A stretch of DNA of 53,726 nucleotides, the filler included, from Sphacelaria rigidula (taxonomy: Eukaryota), in NCBI GenBank assembly GCA_964200075.2. It is 3 parts of 3 records of this genome, joined end to end, with 100 filler letters (N's around TTAATTAATTAA, not from the genome) between each part and the next. Parts side by side here need not be neighbours in the genome. Positions count along the whole stretch, not along the records: positions 35,894 to 53,726 come from CAXNAA020000984.1; 2 more parts are not named here. One strand, given 5' to 3'. Positions within the stretch are counted from its first letter, which is position 1. Every line of letters starts with the position of its first letter. The position numbers and the translations under genes were made by a program. The notes under the pieces were generated by a model. The model did no database searches and had not been told where the DNA came from. It saw nothing but the letters and a program-made list of their open reading frames with translations. Below are positions 35,894 through 48,042 of the stretch, piece by piece.

Positions 35894-38800
35894 CTCGAAC
35901 CCGTGGTCACAGAGTGCAAGGAGCATACCACCAATATACCCATAACCCAAACAGCCCGCAGAAGAAGACACTAGTTCGATCGAAAACCAGTGTGCTAAGA
36001 CACGCCTTGACCCTGTGACCTCGAGTGTAGGCCACCTGCTTGATCGGCATCACTTTCACTTGTACAAAGCATTACGATCCAGGTGGACTACCCGCATCGC
36101 GGTCTAAGGGCTGAGACAGGCCTCAGGTCTAGGAAAAAAATGAGAATCTGCAGCTGCTCCCGGGATGTATCATTTCCTTGAGTGCAGGAGGTCTTTGTGA
36201 AATTTCAGCTCAAGAGTCGTCGAATTGGGCCGTGCGTGCAGCGTTTTGCGTGACGCTGCTGCACTCCACATATACCGAGTGCGGGGTAATTGCTGACGTG
36301 AACCCACCGCACTGAAGAGAAAAAAACGCGCTCCGACAAGCTATCGCCCAACGATATCAGACGCACCCCGTGCTCTATATAGTACAGTAACGTCATCGCC
36401 GATACGATGCCAATCGAACAGCGACGCAATCCTTTGTCATCGGGTGGATCTGCAGTTCACAGTGATATGCTGACACCGGGTTCATTCGGGACACTGAGAA
36501 AGCTGCGGTGTGGGCAACTTTTAACCGCTTTCAAGCTGGCCCAGCTCGTACTTCTATAACGAAGCATTATTCGTTATTCGTCTGACCCTTTAAGAGAGCA
36601 ACAGTCGTCTTTGATTCCCACAGCTATCGGGGGATGATTCACGAAATAGTGAAAATGGTTCGGCTTTTTCACCCTTCTCTGAGTAACCAACCAACAAACA
36701 AATAGAACAGTCGGAGAAGCTTCCACACGCCGAGTAAATAGGTAAATGAACATTGTTCAGAAACAGCATACCGAACGTCGACATACTTGATCTGTGTTGG
36801 CATCTGGAGTGTGCGGTGCTTCCAAGCGAAACACGCCCGTACCCAAGGGTTGGGATCGGGTTGGTTGAGTTCGAATATTTCACAAAAGGAAAATGCGTGA
36901 TTAACAGGCCATTATTGTTGTAGGGAAAGGGGAAAATAGACGTTGGGCCTGGCTTGAGCCTGGCTGATACTGGAGTATCTGCTGATCCCGAAAAGTGTGC
37001 TTCCTCGGCATCAAGTGGACAACATGTTCACATTTCACAAACGGGTGGGCGAGTTGGACCCGACTCCATGACATACGATCACATGATTCTTCTTCTCGCT
37101 TTGGATTGGTCAGAAGATGGGGAGGTGAAAAGCAACCCCTGCACAACAGTACCGTACGGTTGAGAAAACGGCACGGAGAGTGGCTCGCACATCTTCGTGC
37201 GGAGTAGTGCGCAGATATCGTTACGGTTTCCTACGTGGCCAGAATGGCAACAAGACAGCTTGTCAGCCAAGAAACTCACCGATGGTAGTTCATTTCGGGA
37301 AACAAATCACAGAAGTAGAACAACAACTACAAGAGACGCCTTCGAAAGTACACGGTAAAAATTGCGCCGTCCGGAAATCCCACAAGCCATTCATTCCCTT
37401 GCTCCAACAAAACTTGAAAAGAAGTGTAGTACTTGCGTCCAACATGGCGGACTTTGAGAGGCGAGTTGGTGGACCTCAAACCGATTCCGCAGCCCACGAT
37501 TTCGACCACTGGATTTATAGGCGTACGGGATATTCTACAGACAACAGTAGTGAACTTTTCGGGACCACCTCATGATTCATGCTTCCTATGCCAGGATATT
37601 TTTCTACACTTCAGAAAGACTAGCGGTGACAGCATCGCTGATAGGAAAGGCAACTACGACAGTTACTGATGATGAAATGGAATGCAAAATAGGTGATGGG
37701 CAGGAGGGGAGTACGCGTAGGGGAGCGGAATGGTTGGGGTTGTGGGGGGGGGTTGAACATTGACTAGAGGTCGGAAGTGATGGAACATGACGGCGACAGC
37801 CATCCAGCATTAAGAGATTCATCACCGGAGCGAAAGATTGCAGCTACGAGTAGCTGGAATTCGGACACGACTCGGGTTCGCTTTTAATGAAAATCCGAAT
37901 ATGAAAATAGGCGCTTTGATTTACCGCGTTGGTTTTGCCACCACGGTGGCCACGGTGTGTCACATCCGGGCCAGGAAATAATTTCCAAGTGGAAAGTGAT
38001 GCCGATTGAACACGTGAGATACGCGGGTGGTAAGCGGGTCAAACACGAACACCAATCGGAGCCACCCCGCAGCGGAATTATAATAGACTATGCAAAGCTT
38101 CTGGCCAAGTGTGGTTCGTCAACACAAAATATGGACGGTAGGATATCGCCCGTGTGTGCCTGGGGTTGGTGTGACATCTGAAGACTACTTGTACTTGCCG
38201 GTACAACACACAGTACCGTACCGTGAGTCGGATCTGCCTCCGTACCCCGTTTTATTGCACTGCGGTGTTTCAAATCCTATACGTTCCGAGTTTTGAACTC
38301 CTGCGCTCCAATGCTCTCTGCTATCTGATGATGTACTTCTATTTGTGATCACAGCTGGAGTACTTGCTTCTTTTGTGAACGTGTCCGTCCACTGACGAAC
38401 AGGGTATTTTCATTACTAAGAACAGTCGGTCCCGTGTTGGCCGTGCTGGCTGGGTACAGCCCCCCGGCGCGGTTAGCGTATGTGGTGTCTTGCACGGTCG
38501 GTGCTCTACATGTTACTACCTTGCGAAATGCACACAGTCAGACAGCCGGCAGGGTGTTAAATCGCCCACCATTCGATACTGCTAGTGTTGGAATGAGTAT
38601 CTCGCCTGTTGTTCGTGGAGGCGACAACGAGCTTGAAGCTATCTCAAGTAGGACTTCACAAGACGTACAGTCAGTACAAATATAGGGCGTGATAATACGA
38701 ACATGGCACGACAAAAATCGCTGGGGTCAGCCACAAACTCCGTTTTACCTTCTTGTTGGGCTTTGATCTGCTCACCGGAGCACAGCGGATATGCCCTAGC

Positions 38801-39067
38801 AACGTATCTTCGTATATCTCTGAAGCACGGTGGTGGTGGTGGTGGTGGTGTGGATACACAACACATGCACCAGAGCCCGATCGATCCTGGTAGAAATACA
38901 CCGCACTATCGTCCCACTTCACCTCTCGCACGGCAAAGACCCCGGGAGTTCTCCATGCACTGATGTTGTACCCTGTACTGTCGGTACTAGTATGAGTGAC
39001 GGGGCGTTCAGTACAGCAGCTCGCCATTCCTGCACAGAGAGCGGATACAGTTCAACCAGCCGCTCAC

Positions 39068-40949
39068 CTGATGCCGAATGAGATGACGATTTCTCCTTAC
39101 GACGTTTAATCTCCGACATGAGCTCGCGCCGGCCCCGTTGAAAGTTGGAGTGCTTGAACTCCCACCAGACATTGGGGTCCTGTTTTCCTTTGCCTGATGC
39201 AGCACCAGCCCCACGGCCGCCACCCCCGCTCCGAACCGAAGCAGCTCCTTGTTTCGAAGGGCTGTTTTTTGAAGAATGGCCCTGCCGTACTTTCGAGAAG
39301 CCTGGTGAATGCGATGGTGGGCGTGATGAGGGCGTAAACGTCAACTACAGACTTGGTTGGGCCCCTGTACTTCCTTTCGGAGTGCACCATCGTTCGAAGT
39401 ACACCATCGTGTGTGCCTCACATACATTTCCACCCCCTGGCAACCTGAAAAACTTCTGGGATGCAGCCTGAGTGCAGGGTTAGTAAAGACTGTATGTCTG
39501 CAAGTCTCAAGTGTGTCTGTCGCAGGATATTTCCAAACAATGTACTGACTGTACTGTAGATATTCATTTCGAGAGCCGCTGGAAAGAGCACGGGGCTACG
39601 AGTTCGGGAGGAATAAAAGTGAAAAGAACAAAGATATGTTTTCCTTCGCCTGCCATGAAACGTGTTGGTGCGAGTTCGTCACGCACGCCACTTCTTCGAC
39701 ATTTAGGTATCCAAGAGGTGCCGGGAAAAAATATCGAGAGGGTACTACAGGATTCATCACGTCTACTTCGCAATGTGTCATTCGCATGTCCTCTGTATCA
39801 CTCAACAGGGTGTCCGGAACACACCGAAAAGAGAAAAAATTCAGCGATTGCATTGGACGCCGAGTAGAACCGACACGCGAAAAAAACTCGTCACGATCTC
39901 CTACAAACTGAAAGATGGGGCCGCACCCGCAACTTCGACCAAGTGTACAGCAAGAAGTTGTAGCCATCACGTATGAGAGACTCGGGAGCGGTAGGTAGCA
40001 AGTGATAAAGCGCGTGCGCATACCCGGAAGGGCTAAGGGTGGGGGGGGGCGGGGGGAGGCAGAGATGGGCGTTCATCCGCGGGTAAGACGAAAACAACAG
40101 ACACCGCCAAATAAGTCTCCAGTACTGGTGTTCGGACCGGAGCGACCTTCTGCGGATGAGGAGATGAGTATGAAAAAAGACCATCGCAAGCCAAACTACT
40201 AATAAATAAACTGTATCTACATCTGTGGAGAGGGGTGGACAAGCTGCTCCTGCAGTTTGGTGCAATGCGTGAAACATTCCACGCGTTATACCGAAGAATG
40301 AACGGAGAGCACCTCAATTTTTTTTCTCCGAGACCTGCACAATTTCGAGCGCACCTATGTTTTTTTTTCATTTGTGGAGGTGCAGTCTGTTGGCAACATG
40401 CGTCCCGCTTCTTAATATTTTCTCTTGTTACAGCTACACACTGAAAACCTCGGGCTTGGAACAAGCTGTTGAATTCCTGCCGTCTACCCTACTCATCTCT
40501 CGCCGTCTAAACCACACGAAAACAACTCGACCGAACGACAAGACACCTACGCCACACTTCATACCCAGGCCCCTCCCGTGTACATGGCACTCACCGTGAT
40601 TGTTGAGCTGCCGCACAAATGAGAAGAGATTGCGATGATTAAAAAACCTAGGGATCACTTCCTCCTCAAACAGGTCAAGGCGCTTGATCACGAAAGTGTC
40701 GCCCAAGGCACCCCATGAGACGATTTCATCCGATCCCTTCTCGTCGACCATAGCATACGTACGGTCCAGGAATGCCGGTACCGGACCGATAGGCCTGGGC
40801 CGCAGCTGCTCGCTTGCCGCAGTGGTGCGGTCATCGCCAGCAGACGGTTCTGTCGAAGTATGCTGCCGTTCGTGTGTTTCTTCGCCTTCCTCTGCGGCAG
40901 TCTGGTCCTCCTCCTTCTGTTTGTTGTTGGTCTGGTTTTTTTTCGACAT
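39068..40949 (-). CDS. Heat shock factor (HSF)-type DNA-binding domain transcription factor, exons 1-2; 3' exons unresolved
   Basis: Exon 1 at 40595-40949 (PAFLDRTYAMVD...IVSWGALGDTFVIK...VIPRFFNHRNLFSFVRQLNNH) splices in phase 1 to exon 2 at 39068-39301 (GFSKV...WWEFKHSNFQRGRRELMSEIKRRK). A possible exon 3 lies at 38776-38819 (phase-compatible but unverified). Confidence 0.88.
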
Positions 40950-43900
40950 TATTTCTTGGTCCTATTAGAGAGACACTCTCGCACGGATTTTCAACAAAGC
41001 TCGCCAGATTTTGACGACTTCAGCTCTTGAATGTATCTCAGCTGCGATGTTGGGAGGATTGTATCCACCACGTTCGGTGCACCCAGGACTTGTGACCGAT
41101 AGCTGCTGGCCGCTGATGTATACTGAGCTTGAGCTGTAGGAAGGTGGAGGAGGGATGAGGTTTGTGCAAATATTTGGAAAAGGCTTCTTTTAAAGGTGCT
41201 GGATTTGTTTTCGAAGAAAAAAAAAAATGACTTTTCTAATCTCGAAAGTTTGGTCATTTCCCCGTCGCCTGTGTACAAGGGATAGATCTTTCCGACTGCT
41301 CCCGCTGAACCGGAGAAGACGAACAAAATGGATGATAAAAGAAGGCATCTCCGATAACTAGTCTCCAAGTCTAGGATCATGAATTTACATATATACATAT
41401 GTTCGGCAGTAACCAGCTTGGACAGGGAGTTGCCACTGTCTGTTGTATGGCAAGGGTCTGTTCATGCGATTAGACCACATTTGCAGGAAGTACGACAGTA
41501 CTGTATATTTCTATTTGTAGAAAACATCTTCTCTCTTCTATAGTAGCAGCAAAAATCATCGGCGCAACTCATATCCAAGCGAATAACGAATTATCATAAT
41601 GCCATATCGGAGCCGGGGATGTTTTAGTTTGCCTGTACGATATAAACAACAGCTTCTCCATACATAGGGCAAACGACGCATGCACGCCCGAGGAAGCGAA
41701 AATACATGAAGAGCGGACGTGATAAAGGGCCACGCACGCATGTATCGCAGATGCAAAACACATATTTTAACGACACAGAAATGTACAGTATGTAGTTCGG
41801 CGAAAATGGTTAGTTCTGTCCCTGCCCGCATCTTTCTCACATCACTCCTTACTGTTTTCCAGACTTCTGTTGATGCTCGCGAGTAAATCCGTCATTCAAC
41901 GCAAGAGTTTAACAATGAACCACAGCCAAAACCACGTTCCCCTCCCCACTTCGCGTGGGGTATGGAGAGGGGGATGCATACATATATGGGCTTGCAACAC
42001 TCACTGTTAGAGAGAGGCTGTCTGATCGCCAGGACAATAACATTCACGCCGGATTTGAAGGTCCGGCAAATCGTAAAAGTATCTCTTCTCAGCCAGCTTG
42101 TGTGATGAGACTTTGCTGTATGACCCGGGATGAAACACGGCAAAATGGCCCGGGGTACAATTTGAAACGTGCACCACCACCAGCAAGCTATATGTTGCCA
42201 TGATGAAATTAAATTGATGTGCTGATGTCGTGCTAAGTGGATAGGAGTCTTAGGACTCGTGCACGGAGAGGCATCGCTTGTTTGTTTGTGTTTGTGCAGC
42301 ATGCCTCGGTGTACCAGATCAACTCGATGGTGTCGTCCGGGTGACCCGACAGTGAGGCAGACTAAACATGATCTTGTTCAACCGTTTGAAGTTAGGCTTG
42401 AGGACGGGTGTGGTGGGAGGGTTGACCACACCATGAACAACAGAGGATCGTCTCACGATATTTCCGCAACAGCATCATCATTATGTGAGTATCTTCTTTC
42501 AATGGTTTGGTCTTCCTCCCTGGACTCATGGGCAACCGATTTCCTGGATACAGAGACGCTGGTATGCCAGCCTCACCAAATGCCGGCCAGCCATTATCCA
42601 GGTACAACCGTGTTCCGCACATGTTGTACCGAAGGGACGTATGTTTGTTCGGTACTTGTAGTACATGTCTTCTTACTCACGTTTGGGTGAAAAAGACGAG
42701 CACGCCCCTCGACATCGAGATGTAGAATTGTATTTGACTCCCGCTGTAGAATGACGTTGGGCTGCATGAGAGAATGCCGTGGTAATGTAATATAACAGGG
42801 GACCCGCTCTACTCAGACGCATCACGGCTTGCAATCTGCAGTGGTTCAAACTGGAGGACATACCTAACAGGACCTGCCATTTTATCACCTTCAGTACTGG
42901 CGTTCGGAATGACGTATTCTGCGGGTCGAAATGTGATGTGAGTACGGGCCGGCTGCAACCAAACTCTCTGCAGCGTGTGTTGCCTGACTTGCTGGGACTC
43001 GCAGAGGCACCGGTAAACAATCACGGCGCAACTTTCGAAGTCGTTCTGGTTGTAGTAAAATTCATCAGGCCGCCACTACGTCCCATGTGTACCGTAGAGA
43101 TGCACTGGCCCTCGTTAACCCTCAGACCGCGAGATAAGTCTTTCTGGATCATGCATCCGTTTTTCACTTGAAATTGATGCCGCTTCAACGCAAGACTGAC
43201 TAACCTCGCGGTCCAAGGGTTCGCCCGTGCCTGTCAAAAGTATCTATTTCCAATACAACAGTACAGTACAGCAGTACCGAATTTTAGTCGAAAGTCCAAA
43301 GTAGGTCTCTGTTGAAGGAGACTGTTTGACCATAGATGGAAAAAGTGAGTGGACAGAGAAAGCCCACTAGCTGCTCGACCATTGTCGTGCAATTTTAGAC
43401 GTAGTCTCTCTTTCTGCTCAGCATGAACAGATGGATGGGGCCTTCCTTCAGCGCGAGCAGGTTGAACACTCTTCTCACACGTGCTGTGACTAAAAATATG
43501 ACTGGACCGACCAGCAACAACAGGGCGCACAACATGTTGGGCCGAGCCCACGAGTATAATAGAACCATTTTTTCGTCCAAAACAGATGGCCTCTCGCAAC
43601 TACGAGGCCGTTGTTTCTTGTGGGCATGAAATCAACCGTTTGACCGCAGGGTAGGTCATCTGGGCCACGCAGTAATGTTGCAAGTGGAAGTGATGCCGTT
43701 TCAACAGATAAGCCTGTAACCTGGCCGGGGCCGAAGGGTTTATATTTCGAGAGGACGAATAAACTTTGAACAATAATAATAGCTGTTTGGGCGATTCAGC
43801 ACAGATCCTTGCCGAAAATTGGGGCTTGGCGAATTTCTGTGTCACAGGAAAGACCCCGACAGGATTTCACCGCATTTCCCGATCTGTCGAACGCCTAGAG

Positions 43901-45624
43901 AGTTAGACTTCTAACCGACAAGCGATATCTCATACCCGTACCGCCCTAAGAGGAGTCACTTTCTTCTTGGAGTTTTCCGAGTTTCTTTGTCGACAGTGAG
44001 TCGAGCGATATTTTTAGGGCTGTGTTCGTGTTAGAGAGATATTTATCGCTTTACACCCCTTCTTGTTCCTCTCTTTTTTATCATCTTGGCACTGCTGTGC
44101 GTGGTCACTTAATTTTTTCGCTATCCTCTCGTTCCTACAGAGCTTGCGTCTGAGATTTTCCGCGCAAATCCCGCACTTCCAACAAAGCTAAGCCGAAGAG
44201 AAATATCTCCAAAAGCGAGGTCGGAGAGACTATATTCGAAAATGAGGTTGGGAAATAATACAATTGAGGCCTCACTCGAAAACAACAGTGATTCTCCTGA
44301 CCTGAACTGAGAATAAACGACTTTCACGTGGACGACCTCGAAGTGATGCTGCGATCAGGCTAGGATAGGGTATACTCATCATCTTGCATGTCGTATTCTT
44401 GTGACCGTTAACCTCGCATCCCTAGAAAGCCGGGACGCATCACGCCGGGTTGTCGCCGGACCACGCTCGCACTCAATCATCAAGCACGAAGCGTCGTGGT
44501 GTGTTCGGCGAGTCGCATGAAGGGTGAGCTGCATACCGCTAAGATCGTTCGGCCCATAGCGTACTGATTACCTTGCCATGTGGATGGCAGCCCACAATGA
44601 GTTGCTTCATTTTCTGGTATCGCCACTTCCAGAGCAGCACTGTACGGGGGGGGGGACGGGGGGGGTTGATTCCAAGGAAAACAGGGGCTCCCAAGGAGGC
44701 TACAGTACCTAATTACTCGAGGTGCGTTTTTTTCGGTGAAAGCGGCGTCAAGTGGTATGAATGAGAGTGTCTTATTAGTAACAAGTTCGTTCGAACAAAG
44801 TTAGTTGATGCTTCCAACGACGATTTGAGGTGGACTTCGCGGAAGATATGGCCCGAAATATCCCCCCCCTATCGTAGCATCACTCCCCATGCTTCCCGAT
44901 CTCGGTGAAACTCATATTTTGGGTTTTCCATCCTCTGTTTCCCCAAAGGGTATGTGCAAAAGTACTTCTTTGCCTCGATTTCGGGGTAAAACAGGGACGC
45001 TTTTAGCCCAAAACAAATGGCGCTTTCGCGCATACCTTTGGGGGGACGGGCAATGTGAAACCCCCCAAGATAGTTTCAGGGAGGTCGAGGAGCATGAAAA
45101 TCCTCCATACGAACGTCATTTGGCATGACTTGAGGTGAGAGGAAAGACACTGCTGTGGAGGTCAACCTCATTTGATGTTCACCCCATTTCGAAGATAATT
45201 TCTTGGCCACCACCAGCTTCCACAGAGGCACCGCGGGGTTTCTTCTGTCTACCAACTGCCTCAATCCCCGGCAGGGTCGGCGGTTTTCTCGGAACTCATA
45301 CTGGATCTTTTAGCCTAGTCTTCCCCTTGTGTGCTCATTTGTTTCTTCAGCAGCGACGTACAGTTCACTTCGTTTTTTGCACTCCTTCCTTGTTCATTTT
45401 TCTCGTTTCTCGAATTTCGTTCGCGCGATTCTTCAGACGTGTGTACCTCACTTAGACGGAAAAGGCATCTCTTCTTTCACAAGACTCACCGATTATCTCA
45501 GAAAACGTTTCTCGTCGAGCAGGGCTTCAGCAGTGATAATACGATAGATGAATCCAGAGAAACTCCCTGGAATGGACGCACGGAAGTTTCCAGGCAGGCT
45601 GCGCCGGGCTCTTTAAACAACGTT

Positions 45625-45866
45625 TCGTGAGATTGAGAGTGGCTTTGATTGTTCGCTTTAACTTGGACAATTTTTCATCCCGTTCGTGCTTCTCTTTGCC
45701 TCCATCACTGCCGTGTGCTCACAGCTACACGTCGATATCCTACTCAGGGATACCAAGGGCCTCAGCAACAAGCTACTACAGAGAGAGTATCGAGCCGCGA
45801 GGGGTATTTCGGAACTGAAACGATCAATTCACTAATTTTGAGCGCTTTTCACTCTCAGTCTCTCGA
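45625..45866. mobile_element. TIR-bounded repeat; inverted second copy at ~53260-53445
   Basis: Ends TCGTGAGATTGAGAGTG / CACTCTCAGTCTCTCGA. The interior (gatatcctactcagggataccaagggc...ggaactgaaac) is the reverse complement of ~53290-53445. Confidence 0.55.
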
Positions 45867-46556
45867 GAACATCGTTTTTTGTATGACTAAATACAAAACT
45901 ATTTCGAGAAATCACGTTGTTTCTTGGGCGCGCACGTTTCAACTTCTAGAGCAGTAGTAGTAGTAGTGGTGGTGGTGGTGGTGGTGTGCTTAGTTGCGCA
46001 TCGCCGCCGTTGTCCTTATTAATTAATACTCAACGCCAAGAGATGGGCAAAGAGGGGATATCCTGAGACGCGAGTTTGAGAAATGGACTCTCAACCCCAA
46101 AACAGTGCTTTCCCTTCACTGGAGGCATCCCAAACTCAAGGTTTTCCGATACATTTCGCAGTAATTTACTAAGCAATATAGCGGGAACCCCAAGCTTGAG
46201 CGGTATTTGCACTACGAATATTTTACTCGATGACTATTCTGGAGGCCTAAAACCAGATGGTCCTGCGCTGTCTGTACTGTACGTTGCCCGCTTCTCTTTC
46301 ACATCCTACTGTACGAAACACGCGCAAGCACACCAAGACACGCTGCATGCAAACAGTACAGACTGTCCGTACTCTACACAGGGGACCAAGGACCGTTTCA
46401 CGAATTTCACTGCCTTTTTTTTCGACCGAAAGCTTGAAAATTCGCCTGAACCCAATTCGACAAAAATGAGCGAATTTTGCTCACATCAATTTCCCCGCCC
46501 CATATTTTCGATCGAGAAAGAATATGCTCAGATACACCCTGAGGCCGTGTCGTATC

Positions 46557-46703
46557 GAGACAAAAAAAAAAAAACGAAGAGGGGAAGGAACAAGCGTCCA
46601 AAAGCAGCATGTGACTAGTTGCCGCAACAAAGACCTGCCCGGCGATCAATCAACATGCTATTTTCGAAGGCTTGTTCCTTTCCCCGCTTCCTTTTTCGGT
46701 CTC
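46557..46703. repeat. Imperfect hairpin repeat (second copy ~53020-53166)
   Basis: Arms ...ggaaggaacaagcgtccaaaagcagcatgt / acatgctattttcgaaggcttgttcctttcc...; homologous hairpin at 53020-53166. Confidence 0.6.
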
Positions 46704-47162
46704 CGTCGAACGCAGCCTGGTGCCCCTTCATCGCGTCGAAGCTGTTTCAGCACCTCTTAGGACGACTATGAAAACCCAAAGCGTCGAGCGAATGCGTGAT
46801 TTTCCCCTGATTTTGGGGTTATGAGTTTCCCGGTAATTTGACGCTTTCGCTCACCGCCGTAGGCTTATACTAGGTCGGTGAAAGATACTAGAATAGTTTC
46901 CACGCCGTCGAGGGACGTTGGGCCGACATGAAAATTGTCGTGCATAATTATTGATATTTGCGCAGAGCACTGTTTTGCGTGTTGTCGTTCAACATTGTTT
47001 CTAAGGATCCTCTCGTGGCAGCAAACATCTCTTCATGAACAATAATATAGACGTGCTCGTAACCAGCGATCGGCAGCAAGACGCGCCAGTAAATATGAAT
47101 GCGGTCAAGAGAGACGAAACTTTCATTCTTGCTTTCGAGTGTCAAGGTCAGCACCACCATAA

Positions 47163-47193
<31 letters not shown>

Positions 47194-47221
47194 CGTGGGC
47201 CGATTCGGCCGGTCATGTATC

Positions 47222-47737
47222 GAGTGATGCTGCGGTAGGGGTGCAAAAATATTTTCTGAGGTTGGATTTGTTAGGAGCCCTTGATCTCGTGCAAAACACC
47301 ACGTACGTATGAAAATATGTGAGAGTACGCCAGGATTACTACTCCAAAGTCCTGGGGATATCCCGAATGAATTTGCAGACGGGGATGCCCTGACCCATAT
47401 TTTCATGCAGACTGCTGCCGAGATAGCCCCCCCCCCCGAACCGGCCCAAAAAGTGCACGAAGGCGATGGCCATAAATGCCGTTTGAGCTGGCTTAGTGCT
47501 GGACGACGCGACTCATTCGGGCATTATAGCTGATTTTGGATTACTACACGCCTCCCGCGTGGGCAAAATTGCTGCAAATGAGCCCAGTAATGGGATCGCA
47601 GCCGGTTTATCGGCCGGTCTCCGGTGCACTTTTTGTGGGGGGGCTATCTCGGCATTAGTCTGCATCTAGAATCTTTAAGAGCCCCTAAACTAGACAAGAC
47701 TTCGCGAAAGAAGTGCTCCTCTACCGTAGCATTACTC
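47222..47737 (+). mobile_element. Sola2-like MITE copy A (contains a nested MITE)
   Basis: TIRs GAGTGATGCTGCGGTAGGGG / CTCTACCGTAGCATTACTC; 4-bp TSD TATC (47218-47221, 47738-47741). The interior is homologous to copies B and C. Confidence 0.8.
47410..47660. mobile_element. 251-bp MITE nested in copy A
   Basis: TIRs GACTGCTGCCGAGATAGCCCCCCC / GGGGGGGCTATCTCGGCATTAGTC; TGCA duplicated at 47406-47409 and 47661-47664. Copy B shows the empty site with a single TGCA. Confidence 0.8.
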
Positions 47738-48042
47738 TATCCCTCTGACCACGAGGGCACGGTGTACCCATAGACTGATGCCGCGCCGCGAAAAAAAGTG
47801 GCTGGTTTGGGGAGGCGAAAATCTACGTGTAAATCAAAATGATAAAAGCCACCGACCACACCGAGCAGCTAGGGACTCCCACGTGTATGGGATCGTTCTC
47901 GCCAATGTCGTCCATATTGTAGCGCCCCATGTAGTCTGGAACGAGTTATCACGCGCTGTACGGTCATTTTCTTCGCGACAGTTTCGGGGCTGTTTTCTTT
48001 TTTTTCTCGGGAGGGGCGGGTGGAGCCATGGTGGCATCACTC

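Noticed and set aside
36290-36330. Possible TatD 5' exon (LFSAVG..., cf. LYSTVGVHP)
   Set aside because: The HP motif is absent in frame and there are no convincing splice sites.
42700-43750. Protein-like minus-strand fragments (LKRHQFQV / LKRHHFHL short duplication)
   Set aside because: I could not assemble a coherent reading frame or assign a family.
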